DNA of 64,000 nt from Octopus sinensis (Eukaryota): positions 19,034,001 through 19,098,000 of the forward strand of contig NC_043024.1 of the NCBI RefSeq assembly GCF_006345805.1. The letters are read 5' to 3'. Under the pieces are notes generated by a model, which was given only the letters and a program-made list of their open reading frames with translations, ran no database searches and was not told the DNA's origin. The position numbers were made by a program, and so were the translations under genes. Positions 61,500 through 64,000 of this stretch are shown here, one piece after another (the first letter of the stretch is position 1; each line of letters begins with the position of its first letter).

Positions 61500-61685
61500 T
61501 AAATGGCACCTGTGCCAGTGGCCTGTTAAAAGCACTCATTACACTCTGGAAAGTGGTTGGTGTTAGGAAGGGCATCCAAGTTTAGAAACCACACCAAATC
61601 AGACTGGAGCCAGTTATGGCTTTCCAGCTTACCAGTCTAACCCATGCCAGCATGGAAAGTGAACATTAAATGATGAGGATGATGA
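61500..61685 (+). mobile_element. Diverged family A copy
   Basis: GGTGTTAGGAAGGGCATCCA...CCCATGCCAGCATGGAAAG. Confidence 0.75.
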
Positions 61686-62029
61686 TAATATAGATATTGA
61701 ATGATAGGCATGTGGAAAATCCCATATAGGACTTTAAGTTTCTGAGTTAACAATATGATTGTTGCACTTCACCTGTCATAAGCCTGGTGCCCTTACCTTA
61801 TTTTGCAGACACAGAAACTTCAAGTCCAGTATGTGAGTCTCCATAACTATGTCATTCAGTGCATATATCCCTCTATTACTAATGGTATTGAGGTCTACTC
61901 CTCTCATTATTACATGTGATTTGTCAACACACACACACATGTGCACAAACACACACACACACACGTGCACAAACACACACACATATGCATAAGGGTACAC
62001 TCGCACATATATATACATACACACAAATT

Positions 62030-62190
62030 GAATGGGCTTCTTTCATTTCTATTTACCAAATTCACTCCCATTTCTTTGATGGGCATGGAGCTATAGAAGA
62101 AGACACTTGCCTAAGGTGTTCAGGGTAGGATTGAACCCAGAACCAGATGGTTGTGTAGCAAACTTCTTAACCACATAGCCATTCCTGCAC
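62030..62190 (-). mobile_element. Diverged SINE family C 5' half
   Basis: Match to family C head. Confidence 0.6.
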
Positions 62191-62804
62191 ACGTACATAA
62201 ATACATAGTTGTGTTTACGTGTGTTTACCAGAGTGTGCATGCGGACATTATGTGTGAGTGTGTGTGTGTGTGTGTGTGTGCGTGTGTATTGTGACAGTGT
62301 GTGTGTAATGTTTGCTTCGAGAAAATCATACATCCACTTATATACACATGCACACACATAAAAAATGGGAAAAAAAAACAATATGAACATCATGAAATCT
62401 ATTTGCGATATATAAAATATAAACGTTTATTTTCATATGAGACGATCATCACAATAGAATCGCCATTTTAGCATTTTATGTCAGTTCTTAAGAAGTGCCA
62501 TTATTGGCAAACAAATATGCTATATTTCTCTATGAGTTTCCTATTTAGATTTGATTGTTGCCGATTCCTTTTAGAATTTATGTCAAATTCTAGTGACACT
62601 TTTAACCTTCTTTCTGACAAAATCAATTGTTAAGTCTCAGATTTAGAGAAAGGATTCTAAGAGATATTCTAAGAGATATTTGCTTCTCTGAAATCAATAA
62701 AAACATAATATAAGAATATAGAAAAAAAATTTCATGATATGCTCATTTGGGTACTAAAAGAAAATCAGCTTTTTCCTTAGAATTTTTCTGTGCAGGTATG
62801 TGCT

Positions 62805-63195
62805 TCTGTGTGTGTGTGTGTGTGTGTGTGTGCATGCATTTCTGAATGTGTTTCTCTGAGTGTGTGTGGTGTGTGTGTGTGTGTGTGTGTGTGTGTGCAT
62901 GCATTTCTGAATGTGTTTCTCTGAGTGTGTGTGTGTGTGTGGTGTGTGTGTGTGTGTGTGTGTGTGCATGCATTTCTGAATGTGTTTCTCTGAGTGTGTG
63001 TGTGTGTGTGTGTGTTGTGTGTGTGTGTGTGTGTGTGTGTGTGCATGCATTTCTGAATGTGTTTCTGTGAGTGTGAGTGTGTGTGTGTGTGTGCATGCAT
63101 TTCTGAATGTGTTTCTGTGAGTGTGTGTGTGTGTGTGTGTGTGCATGCATTTCTGAATGTGTTTCTCTGAGTGTGTGTGTGCATGTGTGTGATGT
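62805..63195. repeat. Minisatellite: (TG)n spacer plus CATGCATTTCTGAATGTGTTTCT(C)TGAG, about 7 copies
   Basis: Directly visible. Confidence 0.9.
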
Positions 63196-63339
63196 GGTGC
63201 TTTTAGAATTCTGGCTATTTCACAAGAGCAATGCTACTCATAAAACTGCTCTATACATTATTTTTTTATTGCTATCAAATAGAAAACCTCATAGATGCCA
63301 CATTTCAACAGCCATCTTGTGTGTGTTCATTATTATTAA

Positions 63340-63554
63340 GATGATGAACTGGCAGAATCATTAGCATGCCAGGCAAAATGCTTTGTGGCATTTTGTCTGT
63401 CTCTATGTTCTGAGTTCAAATCCCGCCAAGGTTGATTTTACTTTTCATCTTATGGGGTCCATAAAAAATAAGTACCAGTTAAACACTGGGGTCGATGTAA
63501 TCAACTCATCCCCTCCCCCCAGAATTGCTGCCCTTTTGGAAAAATTTGAAACCC

Positions 63555-63555
<1 letters not shown>
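63340..63555 (+). mobile_element. SINE family B' ending in (TTA)n
   Basis: Match to family B'. Confidence 0.8.
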
Positions 63556-63596
<41 letters not shown>

Positions 63597-64000
63597 GTGA
63601 ATGAGAGAGCAGTGCATGCCATCAAAGTGACACTGGGGTACAAATATACGAAACCCAGTATATCCATCATGACTACCCGTCTGATAAGGATACACTAGAC
63701 ACATGCATCACAGCCATATGTGCACAACATGGTGATCGCATATCTAGATCAACAGTGCATGACCTCGCAGTTAGAATTTTCTGCAGGTTGAGTAGCCCAT
63801 CCAGCTCAACAAGGTTTCTTTTAAGGATGTTGAACGAAACACCTATGTTTCCAGAGATGAATTATTCAGACCCCAAGGAATTCCGCTCAACACATGGCTA
63901 TGATGCTCCCCACTACTTCTGCGCGTGATCAGAGATACACATATCGTCAGCCATCAAGGGACATGCTCAACTAGTTAAGGTCAAACAACTGACAAGCAAA
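63555..64000 (-). mobile_element. Family D with (TAA)n tail, truncated by the window end
   Basis: Reverse complement of 22650-23072. Confidence 0.8.

Noticed and set aside
7491-63184. Long ORFs rich in Met/Ile/Asp/His/Thr/Tyr/Val (e.g. 47770-49800, 51465-52595, 34572-35627)
   Set aside because: Translations of trinucleotide and dinucleotide microsatellites, open in several frames at once; no domain content

Overview
AT-rich eukaryotic DNA made almost entirely of repeats. The SINE/LINE/microsatellite landscape suggests an octopod cephalopod (inference). No host protein-coding gene or intact ORF is recognisable, and nearly all ORFs in the track are microsatellite translations. Contents: dozens of tRNA-derived SINEs (families labelled B, C and G here), a 5'-truncated RTE LINE with a PHD-type zinc finger plus many short copies of its 3' UTR (family A), two R4/Dong-type RLE LINE fossils, and fragments of Penelope GIY-YIG, Tc1/mariner, MULE and Helitron. 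The main signal is a 4.7-kb array (12994-17729) of about ten ~478-bp units, each with a complete type I hammerhead ribozyme (HHR) motif, i.e. a non-LTR retrozyme-like element. The array switches orientation near 14336 and sits in a (TA)n run. Around it are further HHR motifs: two near-intact solo copies (33136, 45874), several degenerate ones, and fold-back palindromes with HHR remnants at the apex. All RNA structures were paired by eye. Ribozyme activity is untested and SINE boundaries are approximate.
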